Positions 48,110-58,090 of a stretch of DNA of 64,000 bases are shown here, piece after piece. The DNA comes from a virus. Its lineage: Duplodnaviria > Caudoviricetes. The notes under the pieces were generated by a model. It did no database searches and was not told the DNA's origin. It saw nothing but the letters and a program-made list of their open reading frames with translations. Positions within the stretch are counted from its first letter, which is position 1. Every line of letters begins with the position of its first letter. The stretch spans positions 64,001 to 128,000 of the IMG/VR virus record IMGVR_UViG_3300027804_002812; one strand, given 5' to 3'. A program made the position numbers and the translations under genes.

Positions 48110-48834
48110 TAAATTTTGTCGTCTGTGTCTGGAACGCAGAAAAATATATAAAAAATTGTATCAGAACTTTGAAGTCCCAACAAGATAGGGATTTCAAAGT
48201 TTTTATCATTGATGATGTGTCTACAGACAATACTGTAGAAATAATTAAATCATTAATTATAGATGATAATAGATTCAATTTGGTGATTAATACGGAGAAA
48301 AAATTCAAACTAAAAAATTTAGATGAGATAATCCCAACATTTGATGATGATGACATTGTGATTGAATTGGATGGTGATGATTTTTTACTCAACTCAGACG
48401 TTGTTTCTGATATTCGTAAGATTTATTCTGAAGGGGATGTTTGGTTAACAAACGGTTCATTCATGTACTCTAGTGGTAACGAAGGTTTTTCAAGTAAATG
48501 TAATCCGGATACTATTCGTAAAGATGTTTTTAGATTTTCTCATTTAAGAACATGGAAAACATTCTTATGGAAAGCAATTCCAAAAGATTATCTCAGAGAT
48601 GATAATGGAGAATATTTCATATCGGCTGCCGATGTTGCTTACACATTCTCACTTTTAGAATTAGCGGGAGAAGAAAATTATAGATTTTTACCTAAACTAT
48701 ATTACGTTTATAATGAACAGTCTCCATATAATGACCACAAACCAGGAAGTGCGACTGGAGGGGGACATCGTGAACAGGAAAGATGTTCAAATATAATACG
48801 TAATAAACCAAAATTAAAAAAATTAATTAGATGA
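48106..48834 (+). CDS. GT2 glycosyltransferase
   Basis: WNAEKYIKNCI, IIDDVSTD, ELDGDDF, SHLRT, AADVA. Confidence 0.8.
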   Translation: MINFVVCVWNAEKYIKNCIRTLKSQQDRDFKVFIIDDVSTDNTVEIIKSLIIDDNRFNLVINTEKKFKLKNLDEIIPTFDDDDIVIELDGDDFLLNSDVVSDIRKIYSEGDVWLTNGSFMYSSGNEGFSSKCNPDTIRKDVFRFSHLRTWKTFLWKAIPKDYLRDDNGEYFISAADVAYTFSLLELAGEENYRFLPKLYYVYNEQSPYNDHKPGSATGGGHREQERCSNIIRNKPKLKKLIR

Positions 48835-49640
48835 GTAATTTTATTTCATGTAATTTGATGGGAGGATTGGGAAACCAACTTTTTCAAGCCGCTCATGCGG
48901 TTGCCCAAGGAATTACACATAATAGAGAAGTGGTTTTCATTCCTAAATCTTGGACTCCAATGCAAGGAAGACAAACAGAAAACTATGTGAGTAATATTTT
49001 TCGTAATTTGAAATTTGTAGATAACATTGATGGATTTGAAAAAGTCAGTGAAGGACCTTGGGAATTCAGTGAAGTATTTGTGAAAGACCATGATACTGTG
49101 TTTGACGGTTATTTCCAAAGTTCAAAAAATTTTAACCCACACTTTGATAGTGTTCGTGATATTTTTTCACCAACAGAAGAATTTGTTGAAGAAATGTTAC
49201 AAAAGCATCCTGAATTAAATCAAGAAAATACCTTATCTGTTCATATTAGACGAGGTGATTGTTTCATGAATCCTGACATTCACCCAATTGCAACTGAAAA
49301 ATACATCGAAAGAGCATTAAAAGAAGTTGGAGAATATTCTCATGTTTTTGTTTTCAGTGATGATAAAGAATGGGTTAAAGAAAACCTCAAATTTGAAAAT
49401 GTTACTTACATCGAAGATGAGGATTATAAGGAAATGTGGTTAATGTCCTTATGTAAAAACAATATCATTGTAAATTCAAGTTTCTCATGGTGGGGAAGTT
49501 TTTTGAACAAGAACCCTAATAAAAAAGTAATTGCTCCATCGATTTGGTTTGGTCCAAGAGGGCCTAGAAATTATAGTGACATCTATGAACCATATTGGAC
49601 GGTGCTTGAAGTAAAATATGAAGACGGATGGTTAAATTAA
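48831..49640 (+). CDS. GT11 alpha-1,2-fucosyltransferase-like
   Basis: GGLGNQLFQ, GYFQS, SVHIRRGD, VFSDD, NSSFSWWG. Confidence 0.88.
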   Translation: MSNFISCNLMGGLGNQLFQAAHAVAQGITHNREVVFIPKSWTPMQGRQTENYVSNIFRNLKFVDNIDGFEKVSEGPWEFSEVFVKDHDTVFDGYFQSSKNFNPHFDSVRDIFSPTEEFVEEMLQKHPELNQENTLSVHIRRGDCFMNPDIHPIATEKYIERALKEVGEYSHVFVFSDDKEWVKENLKFENVTYIEDEDYKEMWLMSLCKNNIIVNSSFSWWGSFLNKNPNKKVIAPSIWFGPRGPRNYSDIYEPYWTVLEVKYEDGWLN

Positions 49641-50446
49641 ACATGTTGTCTAGAAACTTTGCACATGACAAAGGATCTACCGCAAACAAAGCCCCTCAAC
49701 TAGTTGAATGGTGTTTTAATAGTTACGACAACCCAATTTCCGTTTATTTGGATAATGATTTGTTCAAAGGTATCGAAGACCATAAAAATGACGGTGGGTC
49801 AAAAAAGAAATTCCTTTGGATTATTGAATCTCGGAAATTTGATGGTGGAGCGATTGAAAACATTAAAAATAATTTGGATAGTGTATTAAATACATTTGAA
49901 CAAATTTGGACACATAATGATGAACTATTATCATTAGATTCAAAATTCAAGTGGACACCAGCTTACGGTAGTTATATCAAAGAATTTGGGATTCATCCCA
50001 AAACAAAAATGGCATCAATGATTACATCTAATAAGAGATGGACTCATCAACATGAAATTCGTCACGACTTTGCCATGGCTAACATAGATAAAATTGATGT
50101 TTATGGTAGAGGAATTAATGAAATACCCAATAAAGAAATAGGATTAAAAGATTACAGGTTTTCATTTGCAGTTGAAAATGATACCTATGACACTTATTTC
50201 ACTGAAAAGATTTTGGATTGTTTCGCAACAGGGACTATCCCTGTTTATATGGGTACAAAAAAAGTTGTTGAATATTTCAACCCTGAGGGAATAATTTTCT
50301 TTGATGGTACTTTCGATTTATCGTTACTAACTGAAGAATTATACCAATCAAAAATGGACGCAATAAAAGACAACTATGACAGAGTACAAAAGTACAGTGT
50401 TTTGGATGATTGGATTTTTGAAAACTATTTAATAGAATATGTCTAA
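49628..50446 (+). CDS. GT10 alpha-1,3/4-fucosyltransferase-like
   Basis: YRFSFAVEN..YFTEKILDCFATGTIPVYMG. Confidence 0.8.
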   Translation: MVKLNMLSRNFAHDKGSTANKAPQLVEWCFNSYDNPISVYLDNDLFKGIEDHKNDGGSKKKFLWIIESRKFDGGAIENIKNNLDSVLNTFEQIWTHNDELLSLDSKFKWTPAYGSYIKEFGIHPKTKMASMITSNKRWTHQHEIRHDFAMANIDKIDVYGRGINEIPNKEIGLKDYRFSFAVENDTYDTYFTEKILDCFATGTIPVYMGTKKVVEYFNPEGIIFFDGTFDLSLLTEELYQSKMDAIKDNYDRVQKYSVLDDWIFENYLIEYV

Positions 50447-51143
50447 GATTTGTTTAATAAGACAACCAGCAGGAATCGGTGATATTTTTTTCACACAAAA
50501 AATTGCAAAGTATTACATATCTAAAGGGTATACTGTTATATGGCCTGTAATTCCTCAATTCGAATTTATTAAAGATTATATCAAAATCGATAACCTAATA
50601 TTTGTTAGTGAAAATGATGATTTTCAATATAAAAACATATATAATGAGGGATATTCCAAACCAGTTCTTCTTAATTTAGATGATGTTTATCTACCAATTC
50701 AACACTTTGATAGGCATTACAATGGACCTATTATGCATGCTAAGTACAAATTATTAGATCTTGATTTTGACGATTGGGTTGAACACTTTTCTTTCGAAAG
50801 AAACTTGGAGAGAGAACAAAAGTTAATCGACCATTTCGACGCAAATGATAGAGAGTTTGTCTTAGTTAATAGAATGTTCGGTTCTCCCCCAGATTCAAAA
50901 CCATGTCCACATATGGGTCAATATGATAATTCAATTGAAATGACATATCTTGGATGGGACAATCTTTTTGATTGGATTGGTCTATTGTTGAAAGCGAAAC
51001 ATATCTACACAGTCGAAACTTCGATTCTATATATAATTAATAAATTGGGATTAAAAAATGTTACAGTTTACTCAAGACATAACCCGCCGAGTTTTCACCA
51101 AGTAGAACATATGTTCGATAAAGATTTAACTTATATAAAATGA
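50439..51143 (+). CDS. Putative GT-B-like glycan-modifying protein
   Basis: 234 aa; QPAGIGDIF start resembles GT9/GT11-type GxGD loop. Confidence 0.35.
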   Translation: MSKICLIRQPAGIGDIFFTQKIAKYYISKGYTVIWPVIPQFEFIKDYIKIDNLIFVSENDDFQYKNIYNEGYSKPVLLNLDDVYLPIQHFDRHYNGPIMHAKYKLLDLDFDDWVEHFSFERNLEREQKLIDHFDANDREFVLVNRMFGSPPDSKPCPHMGQYDNSIEMTYLGWDNLFDWIGLLLKAKHIYTVETSILYIINKLGLKNVTVYSRHNPPSFHQVEHMFDKDLTYIK

Positions 51144-51541
51144 TACACGTACCAGTTAGTGTCGGAGAGTTGATTGACAAATTGTCAATCTTGCATGTCA
51201 AAAGAATCAAAATAATTAATGAAGAAAAATTAATACTAGTTAATAAAGAATTTGAATTACTGTATAATTTATCATCAGTTTATCTAAATTCTTCTGAAAT
51301 TGAATTATTATATCATCAATTGTGTGATATAAATGCAAAACTATGGGAAATTGAAGATGAATTAAGAATATTAGAAACAAGACAATCTTTTAATGTAGAA
51401 TTTATAGAACTTGCAAGAGGCGTTTATTATACAAATGATGAAAGATTTAGATTGAAAAATGAAATAAACCAAATCACCGATTCAGAAATAAGAGAGGTGA
51501 AAGAATATGTAAATTACAAACAAAATGATACAAAACATTAA
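51140..51541 (+). CDS. Conserved hypothetical helical protein (DUF6165-like)
   Basis: VPVSVGELIDKLSIL.K...LWEIEDELR...VYYTNDERFRLKNEIN...EVKEY. Confidence 0.6.
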   Translation: MIHVPVSVGELIDKLSILHVKRIKIINEEKLILVNKEFELLYNLSSVYLNSSEIELLYHQLCDINAKLWEIEDELRILETRQSFNVEFIELARGVYYTNDERFRLKNEINQITDSEIREVKEYVNYKQNDTKH

Positions 51542-52169
51542 AGAATCTCTTAAAAATTATTTTGAAAACGAAACAAGCATCGCTCCCAATTTGGATGTTG
51601 AAAAAGGATACTCAGAACGAGATATAGATTGGATGAAATCAAATTTAATACCTCGAATCAAAAATTTGGTGGTTGAAGGCATTTCAAAAAATTGTTTAGA
51701 TGTAGGTTGTGCTTACGGATATTTTACAAAAGTTTTAAGTGAAAATTTCGAACAAACTTATGGAATTGATTTATCCTCCAATAGGATTGAATATGCTAAA
51801 AAATACGAAACAGACACTATGAAGTTTGTTCAGTCCGATTTAACTGAGAGTTTTGTAAATAAATTTCCAGTTAAGTTTGATTTTATGTTTACCAATGCGG
51901 TTTTACCTCACATCCCATTAAGATTCAAATCAGATGTTTTCAGAAACTTAGCGGAGGTCGCAAACACAGGATGTATCTTTGTCATGTACGATGGGTTATT
52001 GTCTAACGACAATGACCAATGTGGGTTTGAAAGTTGGGATGGTAATCAAATGATTAAAGTAGTACTTGTTAGTGAAAATTGGATACGGGAAAATGCCCCT
52101 GATTGGGAAATTGTACAAATAAATAATGTCTCGTCAGGGACAGAAGAAATTATATTAAGAAAAAAATAA
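51525..52169 (+). CDS. Class I SAM-dependent methyltransferase
   Basis: LDVGCAYG, GIDLS, FDFMFTNAVLPHI. Confidence 0.85.
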   Translation: MIQNIKESLKNYFENETSIAPNLDVEKGYSERDIDWMKSNLIPRIKNLVVEGISKNCLDVGCAYGYFTKVLSENFEQTYGIDLSSNRIEYAKKYETDTMKFVQSDLTESFVNKFPVKFDFMFTNAVLPHIPLRFKSDVFRNLAEVANTGCIFVMYDGLLSNDNDQCGFESWDGNQMIKVVLVSENWIRENAPDWEIVQINNVSSGTEEIILRKK

Positions 52170-52823
52170 ATGAGTTTATTTGGAGCATTTTGGGACAAAG
52201 ACCCTAATCCTGTAGGGGAGAGTCAATTTGGTAATAATAAAGGATTATTTTTTAATCTAAATTGGTACCCGAAAGGGGTTTTACATATTGGAGCATGGGA
52301 TGCTTGGGAAGCAAAACAATACGCGCATTATTGTGGAGATAACTCCATATTTTTAGAAGCAAATCCAAATTCATATGAACGGTTCAAAAGTGAAATTGAG
52401 CAGTTCGGCCAAAAAATTTATAATTTAGCGGCATGGAATCAAGATGATTTAGAATTGAATCTTTATTGTCCTCCTCATAACCAAGATTCAAGTTCTTTAA
52501 TGGAACAAAATGGTGATGTACTGAAAACGAAAACAATCACAATTAAAACTTTATTTGAAAGAGAAGGTTTAGATTTTTCTAATTATGATTTATTGAATAT
52601 TGATACTGAAGGTGCTGAATTACAAGTACTTGAAGGGATTGGAGAAAATCTGAAAAACTTTGAATATATAATTATTGAAGTTACGGATTTAGGGTCAGAA
52701 TTTGATTCGAAAGTGAATGATGCAATTACGTCTCAAGGTTTTACACATGTTAGAGATAGTCATCATCATAGAAGTTCCGTAAATGGGAAAATGTTCTGTG
52801 ATAAATTATATAAAAAAATTTAA
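52170..52823 (+). CDS. FkbM-family methyltransferase
   Basis: VLHIGA, FLEANP, SSL, LLNIDTEGAELQVLEG. Confidence 0.85.
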   Translation: MSLFGAFWDKDPNPVGESQFGNNKGLFFNLNWYPKGVLHIGAWDAWEAKQYAHYCGDNSIFLEANPNSYERFKSEIEQFGQKIYNLAAWNQDDLELNLYCPPHNQDSSSLMEQNGDVLKTKTITIKTLFEREGLDFSNYDLLNIDTEGAELQVLEGIGENLKNFEYIIIEVTDLGSEFDSKVNDAITSQGFTHVRDSHHHRSSVNGKMFCDKLYKKI

Positions 52824-53653
52824 TGAAAAGTTCGGTTATATTATCATCCAGAAACGACAATTATGGGGGTAATCTTCATAAAAGAACGACAATGGCGTTA
52901 ACATCTCTAATTGAAAATCATGATGAGGTCGTTTTTGTGGATTGGAAAACCGTTAATGGAGAAGGTGTTATATCCAATATTAAAAATAATTTACCTCACT
53001 CCAAAAAGTTAAAATGGGTACAAGTTCCTAAGGGGTTATTGAAATCCAAATATCCTGACATTGCGAATTACAATATGATAGAATCAATTGGGAGGAATGT
53101 TGGTATCAGAAGAACTGAACACGAAGTTATAGTTTCAACGAATATTGATATCATATCTACACCTTTAGATTTCAGTGTATTAGATATGAATTCATTCTAT
53201 ACAGTAGCAAGAAGAGATGTGGATGAATCATTTCATTTATCTTTTGACAACTATCAATCATTATATTCTCATCTTAGTTCTAATAAAGATTCTTTTAGGC
53301 CAAAAGAAAGGATTGGGAGTGAAGATGATAGATGGTCATTGATTAATTGTTGTGGGGACTATCAAATCGGTCATCGGGACATTTGGTTCAAAATGAAAGG
53401 GTTTGAAGAATCTGTTTTATTTGGTTGCGGAATTGATACTAATGTTATGAAGAAGGCATCATTCTATTCCGAAATAAAAGTTTTAGACCATTATATTTTT
53501 CACCTCAATCATGGTAAAAATGCTGATAGAGATGAAGATGAATCAGTGCCACCTATGTCAGACCAAAAATCAATAATAAAAAATTTTACCGAAACAACAA
53601 ATCCCGATGATTGGGGGATGTTTAATGAAGATTTACCTATAGAAATTATATGA
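52823..53653 (+). CDS. GT-A-like glycosyltransferase (GT2-related)
   Basis: 276 aa; SVILSSRNDNYGG, VVFVDW, RNVGIRR, STNIDI, CGDYQI...GFEES. Confidence 0.5.
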   Translation: MKSSVILSSRNDNYGGNLHKRTTMALTSLIENHDEVVFVDWKTVNGEGVISNIKNNLPHSKKLKWVQVPKGLLKSKYPDIANYNMIESIGRNVGIRRTEHEVIVSTNIDIISTPLDFSVLDMNSFYTVARRDVDESFHLSFDNYQSLYSHLSSNKDSFRPKERIGSEDDRWSLINCCGDYQIGHRDIWFKMKGFEESVLFGCGIDTNVMKKASFYSEIKVLDHYIFHLNHGKNADRDEDESVPPMSDQKSIIKNFTETTNPDDWGMFNEDLPIEII

Positions 53654-54282
53654 GTACTTCCAAATCAATATTAATAGTTGGAGGTTCCGCAGGAGCTAAA
53701 ATTGCAACTAACATATTCAGGATGACACATCCTCATCATATCTTATATTATGTTGAGTGTTATGCTGATGAAATACAACTTAATAGATTATATTCCTCAG
53801 TTGAAAAATCATTAGAACATATCAATCTCCCAAATGTTGATTATTTCATTGCAACAGGAGATAACGAAATGAGAAAAACACATTATGAATTGATTAAAGG
53901 TTATACTAAAAAAGAACCGATTAATTGTATTCATCCTACATCAGTTGTTGAAACCAAATGGATAGGACATGGAAATTTAATTTGTGCTAACTCTGTAATT
54001 CACGTTGATTCGGTTATCGGTAACTGTACTATAATTAACACAAGTTCTGTAGTAGAACACGATTGTAATGTTGGGGATTTTACCCAAATTTCACCTAATA
54101 CAACTCTATGTGGTTACGTAAAGATTGGTGAAAATTGTTTTATAAGTGCCGGAAGTACAATCATCCCAAAGATAGAAATTGGGGATAACTCAATTGTAGC
54201 GGCAGGATCTGTTGTAATAAATCACGTACCACCTAATGTAATGGTTGCTGGAGTTCCATCAAAAATTAAGAAAACATTATAA
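53650..54282 (+). CDS. NeuD/PglD-family sugar O/N-acetyltransferase
   Basis: IATGDN..R, IHPTS, hexapeptide repeats, VVEHDC, GAGS-like, VAGVP. Confidence 0.85.
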   Translation: MSTSKSILIVGGSAGAKIATNIFRMTHPHHILYYVECYADEIQLNRLYSSVEKSLEHINLPNVDYFIATGDNEMRKTHYELIKGYTKKEPINCIHPTSVVETKWIGHGNLICANSVIHVDSVIGNCTIINTSSVVEHDCNVGDFTQISPNTTLCGYVKIGENCFISAGSTIIPKIEIGDNSIVAAGSVVINHVPPNVMVAGVPSKIKKTL

Positions 54283-54283
54283 T

Positions 54284-55447
54284 ATGAAAAAATTTAACAT
54301 TCCAATTTTTAGATTAAAATTTGACTTCAAATCAAAATTAAAATTCCTTAAAGGTTCATGGGACATTTTATCTTCAGATAGACCATTGGGAGAATCAAAA
54401 TATACGAAAGAATTTGAAGAACGATTTGCTAAAATGAGTGATTCGAAATTTGCATTAGCATGTTCCAATGGCACCACTGCGATTGAATTAGCACTCAAAG
54501 CAATAGATGTAAAAGGAAAAAAAGTATTAATACCCTCTAACACCTTTTTTGCAACAAGTGTTGCGGTGACAAATGCTGGGGGTATAATCGAATTATTGGA
54601 TATGGAACCAGATTCATTTTCAATTGATTTGAAAGATTTGGAAAATAAAATCACTACAGAAATAGGAGCAGTTATTATTGTACACATCGGTGGGATTATC
54701 AGTCATGACATTACTAAAATTGCAAAAATTTGTAAGAAAAATCGAGTATCTTTAATTGAAGATGCGGCACATGCCCACTTTTCGTCAAAAGGTTCACATC
54801 GAGCCGGAACTATAGGTGATATTGGAACATTTTCTTTTTTCCCCACAAAAGTTATGACAACTGGTGAGGGAGGTATGATTACCACCAACAACAAAAAATA
54901 CTATGAAAAAATGAAGTCCTTAAAAAACTTCGGTAGAGATATTAATGATGGTGGAATTATTGTTAACCCCGAAGGTAATAATTTCAAAATTAATGAGTTT
55001 ACTTCATTATTGGGTTGTATCGAACTTGATAGAGTTTATGAAAGAATAGAACAAAGGTCTCAACTTTTAAGCCGATACCAAAAAAATTTAGAAAATACGA
55101 AATACAAAGTCCTTAAACAGAATGGTGAAGGTACTTGTGCGAATTATAAAGCAATTGTAATTACCCCAATGGATGGAGATTGGCTGAAAAAATATTGCAA
55201 AGAAAAAAATATAACATTGACTGGAGAAGTATATAAAATACCTGTTCATCACCAATCTCTATATAAAGCACAATTTACCTCTGTAAATTTGCCAAATACT
55301 GATTATTATTGTAAACATCACATATGTCCACCATTATATCCTGAATTAACAATGGATGAAGTAGATTATGTCTGTGATGTATTAAAACAAGCTTTAATTG
55401 ATTATGAAGAACAGAGTCGCAAAATTAACTCAAATACGAAAAATTGA
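54284..55447 (+). CDS. DegT/DnrJ/EryC1-family PLP aminotransferase
   Basis: SNGTTAI, PSNTFFAT, LIEDAAHA, FSFFPTKVMTTGEGGMI; start placed at ATG 54284 after upstream stop. Confidence 0.9.
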   Translation: MKKFNIPIFRLKFDFKSKLKFLKGSWDILSSDRPLGESKYTKEFEERFAKMSDSKFALACSNGTTAIELALKAIDVKGKKVLIPSNTFFATSVAVTNAGGIIELLDMEPDSFSIDLKDLENKITTEIGAVIIVHIGGIISHDITKIAKICKKNRVSLIEDAAHAHFSSKGSHRAGTIGDIGTFSFFPTKVMTTGEGGMITTNNKKYYEKMKSLKNFGRDINDGGIIVNPEGNNFKINEFTSLLGCIELDRVYERIEQRSQLLSRYQKNLENTKYKVLKQNGEGTCANYKAIVITPMDGDWLKKYCKEKNITLTGEVYKIPVHHQSLYKAQFTSVNLPNTDYYCKHHICPPLYPELTMDEVDYVCDVLKQALIDYEEQSRKINSNTKN

Positions 55448-56432
55448 AATTTTTGAGGAAGAAATTCCTAAATTAAAAGAGGGTCAATTACTCGTAGCAA
55501 TGAAATCCGTCGGAATTTGTGGTTCTGACATGCATTATTTTAAGGAAGGAGGACTCGGATCTTTCAAAAATCCATTACCTATGTATATGGGGCACGAACC
55601 ATCAGGTGTTGTTGTAGATGCCAACGGGTCAAATAAATTTAGTGATGGAGATAGGGTTGCCGTCGAGCCAGGTATGCCATGTATAACTTCTTATTGGTCA
55701 TTAAAAGGAAAACATAATTTATGTGAAAAAGGAACTTTTATGGGGGCAAATTCTCAAGGAGCTTTCGCAGATTATGTTGTCGTTGAAGAATTACAACTTG
55801 TAAAAATTCCTGATTCTATGTCTTTTAATTTAGCGAGTTTACTTGAACCACTTGGAGTTTGTCTTCACACCGCAAATTTAATTGAACCAAAATTCACAGA
55901 ATCAGCAGCCATATTTGGTGCGGGGCCAATCGGATTATGTATGTTTTCTATTTTGAAAAAAATGGGTCTTAAAGATATATACATGATTGACAAACTACCT
56001 TATAGAGTAGATTTTGCTAAAAAATTCGGTGCAAAAGAATCTTTTTTATTGGCGGAGGATTACAATAAAAAAATTAAAGAATTAACGCACGGTATGGGGG
56101 CAACTTTAACTATCGATACTGGTGGCACAACAGAATCTATTGATGGATGTATCAATGTTGCTGCGGTAAATGGTAGGGTCGCTTTAATCGGAATACCTGA
56201 AGCAGATTTTGTTTCCTATAATCCACACAGAATGAGAACAAAAGAATTAACCATAAAGAACGTACGTAGATCTAACCAAACATTGGACGATTGTGTTGTA
56301 AATTATACTGGAGATAAAGAAATAGAAAAAATAATATCACATGAGTTTGATTTTGAAAACATTCAAAAAGCTTTTGATACTGTAGCGGATTACAAAGACG
56401 AGATTCTTAAATGTATTATAACAAATAACTAA
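55404..56432 (+). CDS. Zn-dependent MDR (polyol/sugar) dehydrogenase
   Basis: GICGSDMH, GHEPSG, GDRVAVEP, LLEPLGV, FGAGPIG; start placed at ATG 55404. Confidence 0.85.
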   Translation: MKNRVAKLTQIRKIEIFEEEIPKLKEGQLLVAMKSVGICGSDMHYFKEGGLGSFKNPLPMYMGHEPSGVVVDANGSNKFSDGDRVAVEPGMPCITSYWSLKGKHNLCEKGTFMGANSQGAFADYVVVEELQLVKIPDSMSFNLASLLEPLGVCLHTANLIEPKFTESAAIFGAGPIGLCMFSILKKMGLKDIYMIDKLPYRVDFAKKFGAKESFLLAEDYNKKIKELTHGMGATLTIDTGGTTESIDGCINVAAVNGRVALIGIPEADFVSYNPHRMRTKELTIKNVRRSNQTLDDCVVNYTGDKEIEKIISHEFDFENIQKAFDTVADYKDEILKCIITNN

Positions 56433-56435
56433 TTT

Positions 56436-57158
56436 ATGAGAAAAATATTAAGCATAGATGGTTTTAGATATAAAACTGTCGATAGATTAAATGAAATAAA
56501 AAATACTTTGAGATGGAACTCAAAGTATTTTGATGTAATTCATGTTTGGTGCCAAGAGCCTGCTGATTATGAGGCGTTCGTAGAATTTGATTCTGAAAAA
56601 ATTATTATCCATAATCTTAATCGTTCACATGGGATTTCAATGAAGGATCTTTATGATTTTACAAATGAAGTTTCTTCTGATGAAGATTATAAGTTTTTTG
56701 CAAATTCGGATACAACATTTGGTGATGAAATTTCAAATTATAACTGTGAAGAGAATTGGTTTGTATTGTTTACTAATCGATCGATGAGAGATCCAAAAAT
56801 TGGACAAAATCCCCAAGCATATCAATTATCTGAAAATGATGGATTAGTGTTATTCAACAGAGACGGAATTCTTGACCCGAGTTGGTTTCAAGATGATGAG
56901 AGTATAAAGAGTTATGCAATCAATGCTTATTGTGGTTGGTCATGGAAAACTAAGAAACCCATACAAGAAGGAGATTGTTATTTAGGAACTCAAGGAGGAG
57001 AAAATTGTTTCCTTACCAAAATTTTTGAGGCGAATTTCGATCCTAAAGCTGCAGTACTCAAATACCCAACATACCATAATCATAGGACCAGTGAAAAAAC
57101 CGATAGATTTAATACTCGGGTTGGAGGTTCATCATTATCTTATTCAAACTACTTATGA
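56436..57158 (+). CDS. Hypothetical protein, possibly GT-A-like
   Basis: 240 aa; FFANSD, GTQGGENCF; operon context. Confidence 0.4.
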   Translation: MRKILSIDGFRYKTVDRLNEIKNTLRWNSKYFDVIHVWCQEPADYEAFVEFDSEKIIIHNLNRSHGISMKDLYDFTNEVSSDEDYKFFANSDTTFGDEISNYNCEENWFVLFTNRSMRDPKIGQNPQAYQLSENDGLVLFNRDGILDPSWFQDDESIKSYAINAYCGWSWKTKKPIQEGDCYLGTQGGENCFLTKIFEANFDPKAAVLKYPTYHNHRTSEKTDRFNTRVGGSSLSYSNYL

Positions 57159-58090
57159 AAAAATTTATAATCACAACAACAATCAATAGTCCAACAGAAG
57201 CGACTATAAAATTCTGTAAAATTGCAGATAAAAAAGATTTTCAATTTGTTATCGTAGGAGATACTAAAACTCCACATGATGAATATCATAATTTGGAACA
57301 ACAATACGAGAATGTAATTTATCTCACACCAGAAATACAATCTGAATTGTATCCTGAGTTGTCCGAAATTATCGGATGGAAGACCATTCAAAGACGTAAT
57401 ATTGGTTTTGTCTACGCATATGAAAATGGTGCTGAAATTGTAGCCACCGTGGATGACGATAATATACCTTATGAATTCTGGGGTGACAACATATTACTGG
57501 ACCAAGAAATTGAAGTGGATGAATATGAAAACTTGTCATGTCCTTACTTTGATGCAATTTCAACCACAGAACATAATGACTTATGGCATAGAGGATTTCC
57601 AATTGAATATCTACAAGTAAAAAATGACATCGAATATAAAGGAAAAACTAAAATCACACCTTTAGTTCAAGCTGAGTTTTGGGATGGAGATCCTGATATA
57701 GATGCAATTTGTAGACTAAGTAAAAAACCTATCGTCAAATTCAAATCTTTTGACCCTTTCACAACAAAACAATTAACACCATTCAACTCACAGAATACAT
57801 TCCTACACAGAAGTATCCTTAAGTATTATTCAGTATTTCCATATACCGGAAGAATGGATGACATTTGGGGGGCATATGTAATGCAACACTATTTTCCAAA
57901 TTCAGTAATTTTTACAAAAGCTTCTGTTTATCAAGCAAGAAATCCACAAGATCTTGTAAAAAATTTGGAGAACGAAGTGATTGGATACAGAGGTACATTA
58001 AACCTTATTGACAACATCAAGAATTTTAGGGATTTACTTCCTGCTAAAACTGTCGAATATTTTGACATATATCAAAAATACTTTAACTAA
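57155..58090 (+). CDS. STELLO/DUF288-like (RGP-related) glycosyltransferase-like protein
   Basis: IITTTINSP, VIVGDTKTP, RRNIGFVYA, TVDDDN, LWHRGFP, DPDIDAI, FNSQNT, GRMDDIW. Confidence 0.7.
   Translation: MKKFIITTTINSPTEATIKFCKIADKKDFQFVIVGDTKTPHDEYHNLEQQYENVIYLTPEIQSELYPELSEIIGWKTIQRRNIGFVYAYENGAEIVATVDDDNIPYEFWGDNILLDQEIEVDEYENLSCPYFDAISTTEHNDLWHRGFPIEYLQVKNDIEYKGKTKITPLVQAEFWDGDPDIDAICRLSKKPIVKFKSFDPFTTKQLTPFNSQNTFLHRSILKYYSVFPYTGRMDDIWGAYVMQHYFPNSVIFTKASVYQARNPQDLVKNLENEVIGYRGTLNLIDNIKNFRDLLPAKTVEYFDIYQKYFN

Noticed and set aside
54245-54283. Track start of the aminotransferase at 54245
   Set aside because: Overlaps upstream gene; ATG 54284 right after the upstream stop fits the operon's coupling pattern
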